Assembly (NCBI GenBank): GCA_030141605.1
Contig: JAQGDQ010000373.1
Span: 1-64,000 of the forward strand
DNA from: Tubiluchus corallicola
Lineage: Eukaryota > Animalia > Priapulida
DNA: 64,000 nucleotides
Reading direction: 5' to 3'
The notes beneath the pieces were generated by a model, which did no database searches, was not told the origin of the DNA, and worked only from the letters and a program-made list of their open reading frames with translations. The position numbers and the translations under genes are program-made. Below are positions 1-12,400 of this stretch, piece by piece. How positions within the stretch are numbered: position 1 is the stretch's first letter; each line of letters opens with the position of its first letter.

Positions 1-31
1 TGAGAGAAAACTTAAGTTTGGAAATTAAATA

Positions 32-473
32 CCGTATTTTCCCGTGTATAAGAGACACTTGTGTATAAGAGACCCTTCAATTTTTAGGCAAAAATTCTGG
101 AAAAAAGTTTTTTGGTAATGAATAACTTTATTCATCATAGAAATCATTAAATTAAGCAGAGAGCTTATGCAGATGCGTTGATTGGCTGCAGAACAATCGA
201 TTTCTCTCCAATACCAAAGAGACATTTAAAAAAATAATAACTTACCCGGTACATTAATTTTATCATTAGAATTTAGCCATTGAGAAGATTTATTGAAAGG
301 AAACTATAATTATTCGAAATAAAACAGTTGTAGAGCACTTATTTCTTTAAAATCACTAGTGTCACAATTTATGCATCTTATTGAAAAGACTTACTCCCAT
401 GTATAAGAGACCCCCTATTTTTAAAGTGAAAATTCTGAGCAAAAAAGGGTCTCTTATACACGGGAAAATACGG
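32..473. mobile_element. Tc1/mariner-type MITE
   Basis: TIRs CCGTATTTTCCCGTGTATAAGAGAC / GTCTCTTATACACGGGAAAATACGG flanked by TA. Confidence 0.85.
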
Positions 474-1336
474 TAAGCCCGATGGGATAAAGCTGTTCTT
501 GAATTTCTCTGTTCTGCATCTAGGTAAGGGGTATTCCTGATGGTGGACGAGTATTGTATCTATTAGGCCATCTCACAATAAAGTGTGGATTTTATTCTTA
601 GGATTTTTGAATTAGGATAAGAACAACTTTTTGCAAGAATTTTGGCGACGGTTAAATAAAGGTTGAAGATTAGCCAAAATTAGAGCATTTGCGTAGTTTC
701 GATGAGCGATTTTGAACAGTTTCTAACAAATCAGAGAGATTTTGGGGGAGAGATGAGTACCATACCGGACAGAAGCATATTCAACAACTGGACTAATCAC
801 GGCGCAGTACATTTTTATCATATAACTAGAAGATGACCCAGCTCTTATCATTAGTCGCAAAAATAAATTCTTTACTCGCTTTAGCGTAAGTTGAATGGAC
901 ATGGATGTTCTGTGTTAAATCTTTAGCTGGCCTAGTCACGGTGCAGTATATTTTTACCATATCATTAACAAATAATAGTCTTTCTATCTTTTATATCATC
1001 TCATATATGAACTTCATTCATTACATCATTCCATTTTAGCACTAATTTTTTTATCACAGGATTCACTTTAAATTTTCAGATTATTTCCATTACTTTTTTT
1101 TCTTTCACTGTGTGGGACAATCTAACAAGCCCTGCTTTTTGATTGCCCGCAACACATTTACCTTCGCATATAGGTGAACAGTGTTTGAGGCTTTTCCTGT
1201 TTTCCTATGCAGTATTTCTTATTTGTATTATGTTCATTGTAGGCCCTTTCAGTAGATATTGTACATGTGTAATGTGAAAAAATGACTTATGACTTATGAG
1301 GAGATGTGAAGGAATTTGTAAGTTTAATTTTTTTAG

Positions 1337-1454
1337 GCATTTGGTACAAAAGTAGCTGTCGCAAATCTGACGGTTAGTGCGCACGAAGGTCAGATTACTG
1401 TGCTGCTGGGGCACAACGGTGCAGGAAAATCAACGACAATGTGCATGCTCACAG
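1337..1454 (+). CDS. ABCA3: ABCA copy A exon: NBD1 Walker A
   Basis: ttttag|[40 protein letters not shown]|gtttgt. Confidence 0.95.
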
Positions 1455-4400
1455 GTTTGTCGTAGACGTAGGCAATGGTTTAATGATATACTGCTTCTAA
1501 GTAAGTCTGATGTTCTTTTTGATCATGGTTGTAGCAGTTCTAGTGGCACCTGGTAGGTTCCATTTCGGGCGTTTTTTGCCTGGAAAGCTGCTGATGCAAA
1601 GTCATTGTTCTGCTACTGGCTTTGCATTACAAATGAGGACTATGTAGGATGTTCGCGTATTATTCGTTATAAGTGTATTTATATGCAAAATTTTTTGCCG
1701 GGCTTTTGCTAGTTTAAATTAGTGAAGGTACAACACTAGTCTGATCACTAATTAGTTTTAATCACTTTAGTGTGAGTGATCAAACATCGGAAATGATGAA
1801 TTTTGATAGGGGACATATAAGGAATGAACTTTGGACTGCCCTGACCACTAGGGAATATGTGTACCTTCATAGCAAAATCGTTCACAGGTCGGCAATTAAG
1901 TTTTTCTAGTTATTTGCATATGCTGCATCTCTATTTCATGAGGATCATTTTGATACCAAGTTCATCGCTCTGCGTCATTTCTAAGCTGAAATGATTCACG
2001 TTGAAATTGAGGTGCAGGCTGCACACTGAAAAACATAATCTTGAGAAAATCGCTGTTAAAGTTAGACATTGTTTTTTGTCGCGTTTCTACAAAACACTTA
2101 GGAACCGCGCAAATGTTGGTTGCTATGGACTTTGCACGAGCACGTTGAAGTTATGTTTAAATCCAGTAGATGGCTCTAACTGACGAAGTTCTGGGCTGGG
2201 CAGCAGAAAAAACCTGGCTCCTTTTGCAAGCTAGTATCGCAGTTTGAAAATACAAGTTTTTTGCAATTGCATTACTAGTTTCTAGATGGAAACGTGGTTA
2301 TAAGGGGTTTTAAAATTAAATTTTTTGTATCTTTTTAGCATTTTCTTGACAATTTGATGCTAGAATATAAAAGTCGAATATATTTAGCGTTTGCTTTCAT
2401 AAAATACGAAAAATTGACATTTGAGCAAATTTTTGGGTCACTCTACTTTGAAGCATCATAACGTAGTTTTTATCTATGCCCACTTATGAACGGTTTTGCT
2501 TTGCAAGCATGCATGTAGTGGTCTAGTTGTCTATCTCGTAAGTCTGGTTCAAATCCAGGCGCAATCCTAAACTTTTCACGTTTCTGTCTTTCAAGTTTGG
2601 CACCAGAATTGAATTAATTTTGGGTTTGTGTCTCCGTCAATATCCGTACAAAGAACGACAATCTCTTCTAATAATGAACCCCGGAAGACATTTTCAAGTA
2701 TTGCTATAGTTAATGTCAAACATTGTTTAAAAAACATGTCCAAATGTTTGGACAGCAATCAGCTATCATCATCAGTGGTACATATAGGGAGAGCCTGCAG
2801 TATAGAAAATTAGGCATTAATTGCATTAATTCCATTAACTTTATTTCAAACACTTAGCTATTTGTTACTGTATCTTTTTTCCTACTGGTCTATTTATTCA
2901 TTACTTTGGCTTCTTTGTAAATACATAATTAGTGCGTAATTTTCTATACTGTAGGCTCTGCCTATATAAACTGGTTGTTGTTTGTGATGTGTATCACTGA
3001 TGATGACAGCTGATTGCTGTCCAAACATTTGAACTTTTTTAAGCAGTAGTAAATTAATGTTTTGAATAAAATTTGTATTGTTTCAATATTAGATGCTTTG
3101 AACCGATTTATTAAATGCACCTTGAAATATCATCATTTTTACTGTTATCATTGTATTTACATTTGCATAGGGTTGTATCCACCCACGAGCGGCACAGCAA
3201 TTATCAATGGTCATGACATCGTACACGACATCCGGAGAGCTAGAGAAAGTTTAGGCCTGTGTTTACAGCACGACGTTTTGTTCGAAAACCTAACCGTAGA
3301 GGAGCATCTTATTTTTTTCTCTAAGGTACGGGCAACTTTGTTCGTTAACTCCTTAACCCTTTCACTACATGTTTGCTTTTTAACTGGGCCACATTGACTT
3401 TTTGCACATTTGACAATAACATCTTGTGGTGTGTTACTAAAACTGCATCTTGTAAATAAACAAATATTTGTTTGTTATTGAGTATTAATATTAAATATTA
3501 GTTTTATTTCTACACATGCACACACACATACGAGCACACATACATGCGCTCACGCACACACCCACACGTGCTCACAATCATAAATAAGCATGTACGTCTA
3601 TTTAGAAATCAGTTTTTACAATAGACACTCATCCATAATATGCAGTCATTTTCTAAGAATGCAGTACAATAAACTAAACATACGTTTCATCAACAATCTA
3701 CAAGTGATTTTGTGTGGGAACATACCATACATTACAGTATTGTGGAGTGCACCGGGTTTCAGACACTGATTGGCTGGATAGCTTTACTTGTGGTGAGGCA
3801 ACCCCAATCCCATGTCTGTTAAACTTTTCCGCAATGTTTCTGCATGGCCGTAGGAGTGAAATAAACAGACCCGGGTGACTGCGCTTAGTGGTGAGCTTTG
3901 GCGGCTGTCTACCGCCTTCCGTCCCTTGCATGAAAAACATGGGCGGCAGTGTGCCGCCTTCCATAGTGAAAGGGTTAATTAACAGATCATTTTGCATTGC
4001 CTGTGAAGGTAAGCAGGGCAAAAATGAATTTGAAGAATCGTTATAGTGCTGAAATGAATTCTTAGCGACAAGAATTGATTGAAAGGGTTAAAATATCCCT
4101 CAGAAAGGCAGGACATTTCGGTACGCCAGTGTGAATGCACTCATATTTCGACTTGCCAGACAAAAGCGGGGAGACGTTAGTCCAAATTTGTTGGTTGTGC
4201 ATATTTACCGATACTAAGCTAGTATAGTAAGGAACATGTACTAGACTCACAAAAACGTAGATTGAATCGTCTGATTTTCTCAAAACGTCTAGTACTGGCC
4301 ACTCCTATGCGAAAGTATATGGAAAACTGTCGGCCATTGACTCAAATAACTCCGCGTAATTGACTCTATATTTTTATACATAGAGATATACACGTGGTTA

Positions 4401-7400
4401 CATTGATGTACGTGATGTAAACAAAGTGACGGCCTGCCATCTAGCGATCAGTTTGCGAAACTGATAAAAATCCTAATTATGAGTTTTATAATCATTAATC
4501 AATGATTATGATTAACGCCTAGTAGAATATAACATACCATGTAACATACACACACACGCATGCACGCACACACGCACGCACGCATGCACGCACACACATA
4601 TATACATACACAGCCAAAAATAGTTTTTCTAAAGTGTTAGTACCAAAATAGTAATGGATACATTGTTATCTAGCTGCATATTTGACAATATATTATCTTC
4701 ATTTGCTATTATTAGTTAAAAGGGTGTTTACCGTCGGAAGTCCGTCCTGAAGTGGATCGAATGATTGAGTTGCTGGGCCTTGCGGAGAAAAAGTACGCCC
4801 TCTGTCAGACTCTCTCTGGTGGACAGAAGCGGAAGGTTTCCGTGGGCATTGCACTTGTGGGTGGATCTAAGGTATCGTAGTTTGTTAACCGTTAAATTTT
4901 AAATTTGTAGCTGATTCGTTGCTAGTGATTTTAATTTCGTGCGAAAAATCCGCAACTTAAAATTGGAACTTCGGCATTGCAGGGTTCCCACGGTCAGAGA
5001 AAATCCTGGAAGATTCTTGAAAATACAGGCTATCCAGGAAAGTCAGGGGAAAAGATAATTTGTTAAAAAGTCAGGGAAATGATGAAAATGGGCAAAAAGT
5101 CGGGGAAAGGATTGCAAAAGTAATCACTGTGAACCGATATTTTTCCAAAGATATTTTTCAGTGATTCATGTCCAAATAAAATTTTGCTATGACAAGATCC
5201 CAGTTTAAATTTCTGTTCCAAAAATAATGATTGGATTAAGAAAGTTTGTTTAATGTGATTAGTGCAATTTCGTTGACACTACTGCAACTGTGCCGACGCA
5301 TTATATATCAGCATATGTATGAATGTCCATACACAAAAATGTTTGTATCTGTATATTGGTAATGCAATTTATGCTTATCTTGGTCATGGAAAATCAATAT
5401 TTGTTCAGGGAAAAGTCTTGGAAAAGTCAGTGAAATTTATGTTAAAATTCTGTGGGAACCCTGGTATCAAATAATCACATTTATACTTGAGAAAGGTATT
5501 GGAACCATTGCGCCATCTGTTGCTGAAAGTTCATGCTTTTAAAAAATCGTTTTCATTTTAATAATTTGTGAAACAATCAAGGTAGTTATACTCGATGAAC
5601 CAACGTCGGGAATGGATCCAGTAGCTCGCAGACACACGTGGGACCTCTTGCAAAAGGAGAGAGTCAACCGAACGATTCTTCTCTCCACGCATTTCATGGA
5701 CGAAGCCGATTTGTTGGGAGACTGGATAGCTATCCTTTCCAATGGAACGTTATACTGTTGTGGAACATCACTTTTTCTGAAGCACCTTTACGGTAACAAT
5801 TTTGTGCTAGTTAACCTATCTAATCAGTTATTGACATTAATACAGGGAAAATACACCATAAAATTAACATACATAATCTTACAAAAATGTCTGTCTTGTA
5901 TACTAAATGTATATAAAAAACTAAAATAAATGTAACGAATTAAATTTTATCATTTAAATAAATTCAAAATTTTGTACAAAAGCAACAAAAAGCAATTGTT
6001 CAGTTGATTAAATCAATCATATTGTAGCGCAGGCACTTGGGCGGCCTGCTCTGGATCCATCACTTGGGTGGCCCGCTCTCCACAGCCTCTACCATTATTC
6101 CAAAGTATGGCATGGTTACCAAACTAGTGTTGCATGTCACCCCTAAAAGTACCAGTAGTTCAAATCTAAGTCTTCTAAATTATTCTTTTACGACTATTTT
6201 CGTTCTTATTGGTTAAATCTTCACACCTTTTTGCCTTCAACCAATCAGGTTTCATTTTGGCTCTATCTCTGACATGTACACTAGTTTGGGGAAGGTTATA
6301 AAAGGAGGGTGAAAACCTGCTGTACTTTGGGGAGCTACAGTTGTAATCGGGTTGTGCAGAGTTGGTGGTTCTTGTGCTTGTGTTTCTTCCGTCGGGCTTC
6401 GAGCTCTTCTACTACCCGCTATATGGCAAGTTAGGTACCAGTCTCTCCACTCTATTTCTTTGTTCTGTTTTTCTTTAATTTGTTTAAAATCTCGTCACAG
6501 CTAGTTTAAGTCTTGTAATATTTAAATCTCTTTCCAGATAAATTTTCAGCATTATTTAATTCAGTTTTGTTTGTTTGTGGTTATGTGGAAATCATTATTA
6601 GGCTGCTCCGCCTCCGTACGTGCAGGCCCGAACCACCCCCGGGTAGCGAGGTGCCATCAGCAGTTCAATATTATTAAGGGATTGGTTTCTAAAATGCTCA
6701 GTAAGCTGAGAATCTAATGGTACATGTTCCTCATTCTCGTATATCTCTGACACACATGCAAAGCTTTTCATTATATGGAATTCTACTCCATGTAATCACA
6801 AACACGACATTAAACTTCTGCGTTACTAATTCTCTCACTTTACTTATCCTTAAAAAAATAAGTATGTTCACTTTCAATATTTTATATGTCAGATTGTTTT
6901 GACTATAGTTTAAAATTGTGTCAAGTTGCCATCTTTCACCATGTAATGCCAAACCTGAGTAATCAGATTTATGAAAATGTCTTGCCACTTTATGGAAAAT
7001 CGTCCATAAGTCGACAGTTAAGCTTTTCTAGTTATTCACATATCCCGAATTTCCATTTCACAAGGATCATTTTGATACCAAGCTCATTGTTCTATGTTAT
7101 TTCTAAACTGAGAAAATCCACGTTGAAGTTGAGTTGCAGGCTACGTATTGAAAAACATAACCTTGAGAAAGTCTCTATTAAAGTCAGCCATTGTTTTTTG
7201 TCGTGTCTCTACAAAACACTTAGCAACCGTACAAATGTTGGTAGCTATGGACCTTGCAAGAACACATTGAACTTATGTTTAAATCCAGCAGATGGCTCTT
7301 CCTGATGAAGATCTGGTCTTAGCAAAAGAAAAAACCTGAAGTAAAATGGCTGCTTCCGCAAGCTACTATCGGATTTTGAAAATACAAGTTTTTTACAATT

Positions 7401-9305
7401 GCAGTACTAGTTTCTAGACAAAGAAGTGGGTACGGGGTTGTTAAATTAGATTTTTAGTATTTTTACAATTTTCCTCGTATTTGATGCTAGTATATAAAAG
7501 TCCAGTATATTTAGTGTTGGGTTTTATAAAAAACAAAAAATTGACATTTGACGAAAAATTTATGTCATTCTACTTTGAAGCTTCATAACGTAGTTTTAAC
7601 TATACCGACTTATAGATAGTTTTGGTTTGCAAGCATACATCTATTTTCGAAGCAGTATTTATGCTGTCATTCTTACATAACTCTCTCTTTCGTGTTTTTA
7701 TTTTGACAGGTGCCGGCTATCACATGACGATGGTAAAATGCGCTGGTTGTGATTACCATAACGTCACAAATCTCGTCCGATCTTACGTACCCACGGCGTA
7801 CGTCGAGAGCAACATCGGTGCTGAACTGGCTTTCGTCCTGCCTCGGGAGTTTGTCGGTCAGTTCCCGAACTTGTTCGAGCAGCTGGACACCCGAGGTCGA
7901 GAGTTTGGCATCAGCTGTTATGGCGTGTCTATAACAACAATGGAAGAAGTCTTTCTCGGGTATTGTAATCAGTAGAAATTTCTAGTTGCTTAGCTTCTTG
8001 AAATTTTGTATCACGCACATGCAATCTTATTGCATACAGAGCTTGTGTTAGCAACAGTAACGCCGTATAAAACTTGTAAATTTTAGTTCCCGTGTTGAAC
8101 GTTAGTTGTCGCCATTTTGACGGCGCATCGTTTAGAACGAGTTTAGATGAGATTGCGTAAAGTTTGAAAAATAATCATGGCATTCGTCAAACGCTTCACT
8201 AACTTATCAAAAATTTTAATTACAGTGTTCCCTCGCTACTTCGCGGTTCATTTATCGCGGACTCGCTATTTTGCAGGTTTTCAAAAATATTAATGTAAAA
8301 TATTTATCGCAGTATTTTCGCTGTTTCGCGGGTTTTTGCGGTACTCCGTCTAAAGTATTTTTGCACATGCGTAGTACCTATTTCACAGTAATGTATAGAT
8401 TTGATGAATTTTGCATAAAAAATCACAAAATGCATAAATATATATTAAAAATATTAATTCTAACATTAAAAGAATATTATGAATCATAAAAAATTACCAT
8501 TTACAGTAAATAGTGTATTTATTCGGCGGATGAATACACACCAAATCCGAAATGTAGTCATTGCGCCCGCTTGAGATGCTACTTGCCGACGTGAGATTGT
8601 ACACTTGCCGACGTGAGAGTGTGAGGAGGGTTTATAAAGACTTAAAATAATGTATAACTACTAAAATAAGTATAGCGTCCCTACTTCGCGGAAATTCACT
8701 TATTGCAGGTGGGCCTGGAACAGAACACCCGCGATAAACGAGTGAACACTGTATTTTATAATAATATCTTTAATAATGATAAATATTAATTTAATAATAA
8801 TATTCTTTAGTAATATCTTTTTCCCCATGAATTAATTGAATAGCAAATCCAGAATAGCTTTTCTTATATTATTCCTTATACAGCAAGGGAGAATCTAGGA
8901 TTTAGCAGCAACACAGAGGGTTGTGGCATGACCTGAACTTTGCCTCACTTCTACGGTGAATCACTGGACTGCCAGACAGATCACAGCCACTTAATGACCT
9001 GTATGTTGTTTCCTGCTATGAGTTAGATGGTCATAATTAGCTGGGATTTCCCAGAGTGAAAACGAAACCAGTTCACCCATTTGTCGCAATTTGGATGTGC
9101 ATGCTCGGTGACGTCTTTCCGCTATTCACTCATCTGTTTGATGACAGGCCCAACAGTGCTTTACTTTGGTTGCTAGGAGCACACCATAAGTGCTCTGCTA
9201 CACTTTTTATTCCTGTTTGTTAATTTTGTGTACTGCTCATTCCCTCTCTTTCTCTCTCTTTCTTCCTCTCTCTCTCTCTCTCTCTCTCTTTTCTCTCTCT
9301 CTCTC

Positions 9306-9369
<64 letters not shown>

Positions 9370-9415
9370 TTTCTCTCTCTCTCTCTCTTCATTCTCTCTC
9401 TCTCTCTCTCTCTCC

Positions 9416-9446
<31 letters not shown>

Positions 9447-12400
9447 ACACACATTTATTGGTCGCATTTATTTTTATTGGAACTTTTTGTAAAACAATAC
9501 ACAAAATTTTACGAGTGTTTCAACATGTCACCATTTCGAACTTAGTCTTGTGCCCAATTTTGCAAAATGGTTCCTTGTGTTTCGCCATTCTTTTTCTAAG
9601 ATGCTCCTGGTGCAATTTAATAAGTTTGCTCTGATGTTTTAGAGTGGAAGAAGCTGCCGACATTCACATAAAAGAGAGGATGTCAGCGGAGTCGACCAAT
9701 GAGCTCGGAAACATGAACAAATTCAGCATAATAACAGGTATATTCTTATGATCAAGCTTATTTGCAATGCCAATCCCTGAAGCACCCATATCAGCTATAA
9801 AAATAATGGCGCTATTGGCGAGAAGAAATTCCCATGAGTGTTTGGCTTCCCCGGTGAGATAAGTGAACGAAGTTAAGCAGCATCAACCCTTTTTAGTAAG
9901 ATGGATAGATGGCAGGGATGTCACCGAAACGGTAATTTCGTTTCGGTTTGCTGATAATTGCACTTTCGGTTGAGTTTTCGTTTTCGTCGAAAATTGTCAA
10001 GTTTTGAAACCAGCTTACCCTTTCTCCCAGATGCTAAAAATCGCTGAAAATTGTTGGGTGAAATAGTTCAAACAAAGAGAAAATGTTCGTTTATTTAATT
10101 TTTTGTACCATTTGTAGCACGCTCTTACAGCAATGCGGCATATCTTCAGCGCTGACGACTGTGTGAAGCTTTAAGGTCTCAATCAGCAGAAATATCAAAG
10201 ACTAATTTGGATAAAGTCAGTAAAAGGCAATAAAAAATTTACAAACTAAAATTTGCATGAAGTTTTTACAAGCTTCGTGATCTTTAACCGTGAACGTGTT
10301 CTACTTTTCTGGTTAAGATTTTTTACCTAGATTGTACTTCATCAAGCTTGTATCAGACCAGACGTAAGCAAACAAACAACAACGAAGTATTTTATTCATT
10401 TCAGATTTTTTTCACTTTTCATTGGTTTCACTTCGCTTTCCTATCTTTCATAAATTTCAGTTTTTCTAACATCCTTGATGGATGGTTGACCACCTGGACA
10501 GTTGCTGCTGGGTGAATCTGCCCAGTGTTTCTCTATTTAGTTGAGGATGTATACGCATGCAAACATGTCTAAATCACTTCTTTTTCTTCATTATTTTGAT
10601 CTTGGACTGTTATCTTCGATGATGAGCTATGTTCTGGTCCTGCTACAGTCACTTGCTTTAGTAGCAGTTCTTTCTGTTGTGTGTAATATGCCAGACTGGA
10701 CGAAAAAGGATTTGTTTCAAAAATCTCAAAGATTTATGTACACATACTTACTAATTTCTTTTTTTGTTTATTTGTTTATTTTTCAAACGCTAATGCACCG
10801 TCATCTGAAAGATTTTTGCGGCTTAGCGACGTTTAGTGACGTGTCATGTTAACAATGCTGAACAATTGACACCTTTTCTTACTTAACGATGCACGTTTCA
10901 TTTTAACAATGCTGAACAATTGACACCTTTTCTCACTTAACGATGCACGTTTCATGTTAACAATGCAGAACAATTGACACCTTTTCTCACTTAACGATGC
11001 ACGTTTCATGTTAACAATGCAGAACAATTGACACCTTTTCTCACTTAACGATGCACATTTCATGTTGACAATGCAGAACAATTGACACCTTTTCTCACTT
11101 AACGATGCACGTTTCATTTTAACAGTGCTGAACAATTGACACGTTTTCTCACTTAACGATGCACGTTTCATGTTAACGACGATTTTTTGCTATATTGGTA
11201 AGATACAGTTAGATATTGGTAAGTAAGATATATAGGTGGTTTCAAGTAAACAGAAAGAAATTAATCAGTTGAATTATGAATAAAATTCATTAAACGTTAA
11301 AAATTATATGATTTAAGCAGCATTGATTTTTCCCTCTGGAACGTATCTCAATTCTTTTGCATTACTTCCTCGGGAAGTTTTAGTTTCGTTTAACGACGCG
11401 TTTTTGCTGGAATGCATTAGCGTCATTAAGCGAGGACATAAGGCACCACTCGGTATGTATTTGATGCGTGATGCGTGATCCATATTCATTCGAATGTGAT
11501 CACAATCGCTCGAATACCCATCACTCAACAATACACGGACGGAAAACTGCCGTTACCTAGGTGATTGTAGAGAGTTTCCAAATTTCCAGTGACCACTTTC
11601 GCTGCTTAGTTTTCTGAAAATTCTAGTTAGGTGAATTTTGTTTACTTTTGGACCTATAAACAAAATTACTTTATTATTATTTTTTCGATTTGAGTTTTTG
11701 AGAGTTGGAAGAAGCATGTAGTTATGTGTTCTGTATCTAACTGCAGTTCTTTTTTTAATTCGTGATACCTGCTATATTGTTCTCTTTCCTGCAAAATGTT
11801 GTGCACCCAAAACATGTTCTTTCTTTTCGTCTAATAGTACAATAATAAGCTCATGCCGCAGCTGCAATTATAACACTTAAATTTCGACAGAGACATGGTT
11901 TCCAAAAATCATTGGCCGCAATTTTCACGAATAGCGACCAAAAATGGCGGAAAGAGCGTCGTGAGCTTTGTTAATATGAACACATGGAAACTGTCAATAC
12001 GCGTTACGCATTACATGCATATGGAGTCGTGTAGTATACTATATAATATATGGAATAATATCAAACAACAATCATAACACTCTGGGCGTAGCCAGGTTCT
12101 ATATTTAGGGGGAGCAAGCACATCAAATAGGTGCCGTGACAGGGGCGTAGCCGGATTCTAAAGTTAAGGGGAGTGTATTACGCGCACATGGAGTCATAGC
12201 TTTACTGTAGGCTAATTATTTTGCATTTTAGGTTCAATACCTCTCCCATTGCACACCGGATTCCTACTTTATGCTCAACAATTTTATGCTTTGCTCTTAA
12301 AGAGAATCCTGTACTCGTATCGTAACTGGTTTGTTATCACGGCGCAGCTTCTGATACCGTGTCTGTTTACTTGCCTTTCCCTCGTTCGAACGAAAACGCT

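Noticed and set aside
6886-7305. Recurring KLxCRL/EKHNLEK ORFs (2001, 6886, 34068, 39265) as a gene family
   Set aside because: All lie in R1 MITE copies, and frames and stops differ between copies.
9190-9545. SL-rich and RE-rich ORFs
   Set aside because: Artefacts of the (CT)n microsatellite.
9845-10512. Functional 5S rRNA gene
   Set aside because: Diverged, lacks the 5S 5' end and is interrupted by a 565-bp insertion.
10833-11171. 112-aa Cys-containing repeat ORF on the minus strand
   Set aside because: Translation of the 54-bp minisatellite inside a MITE.
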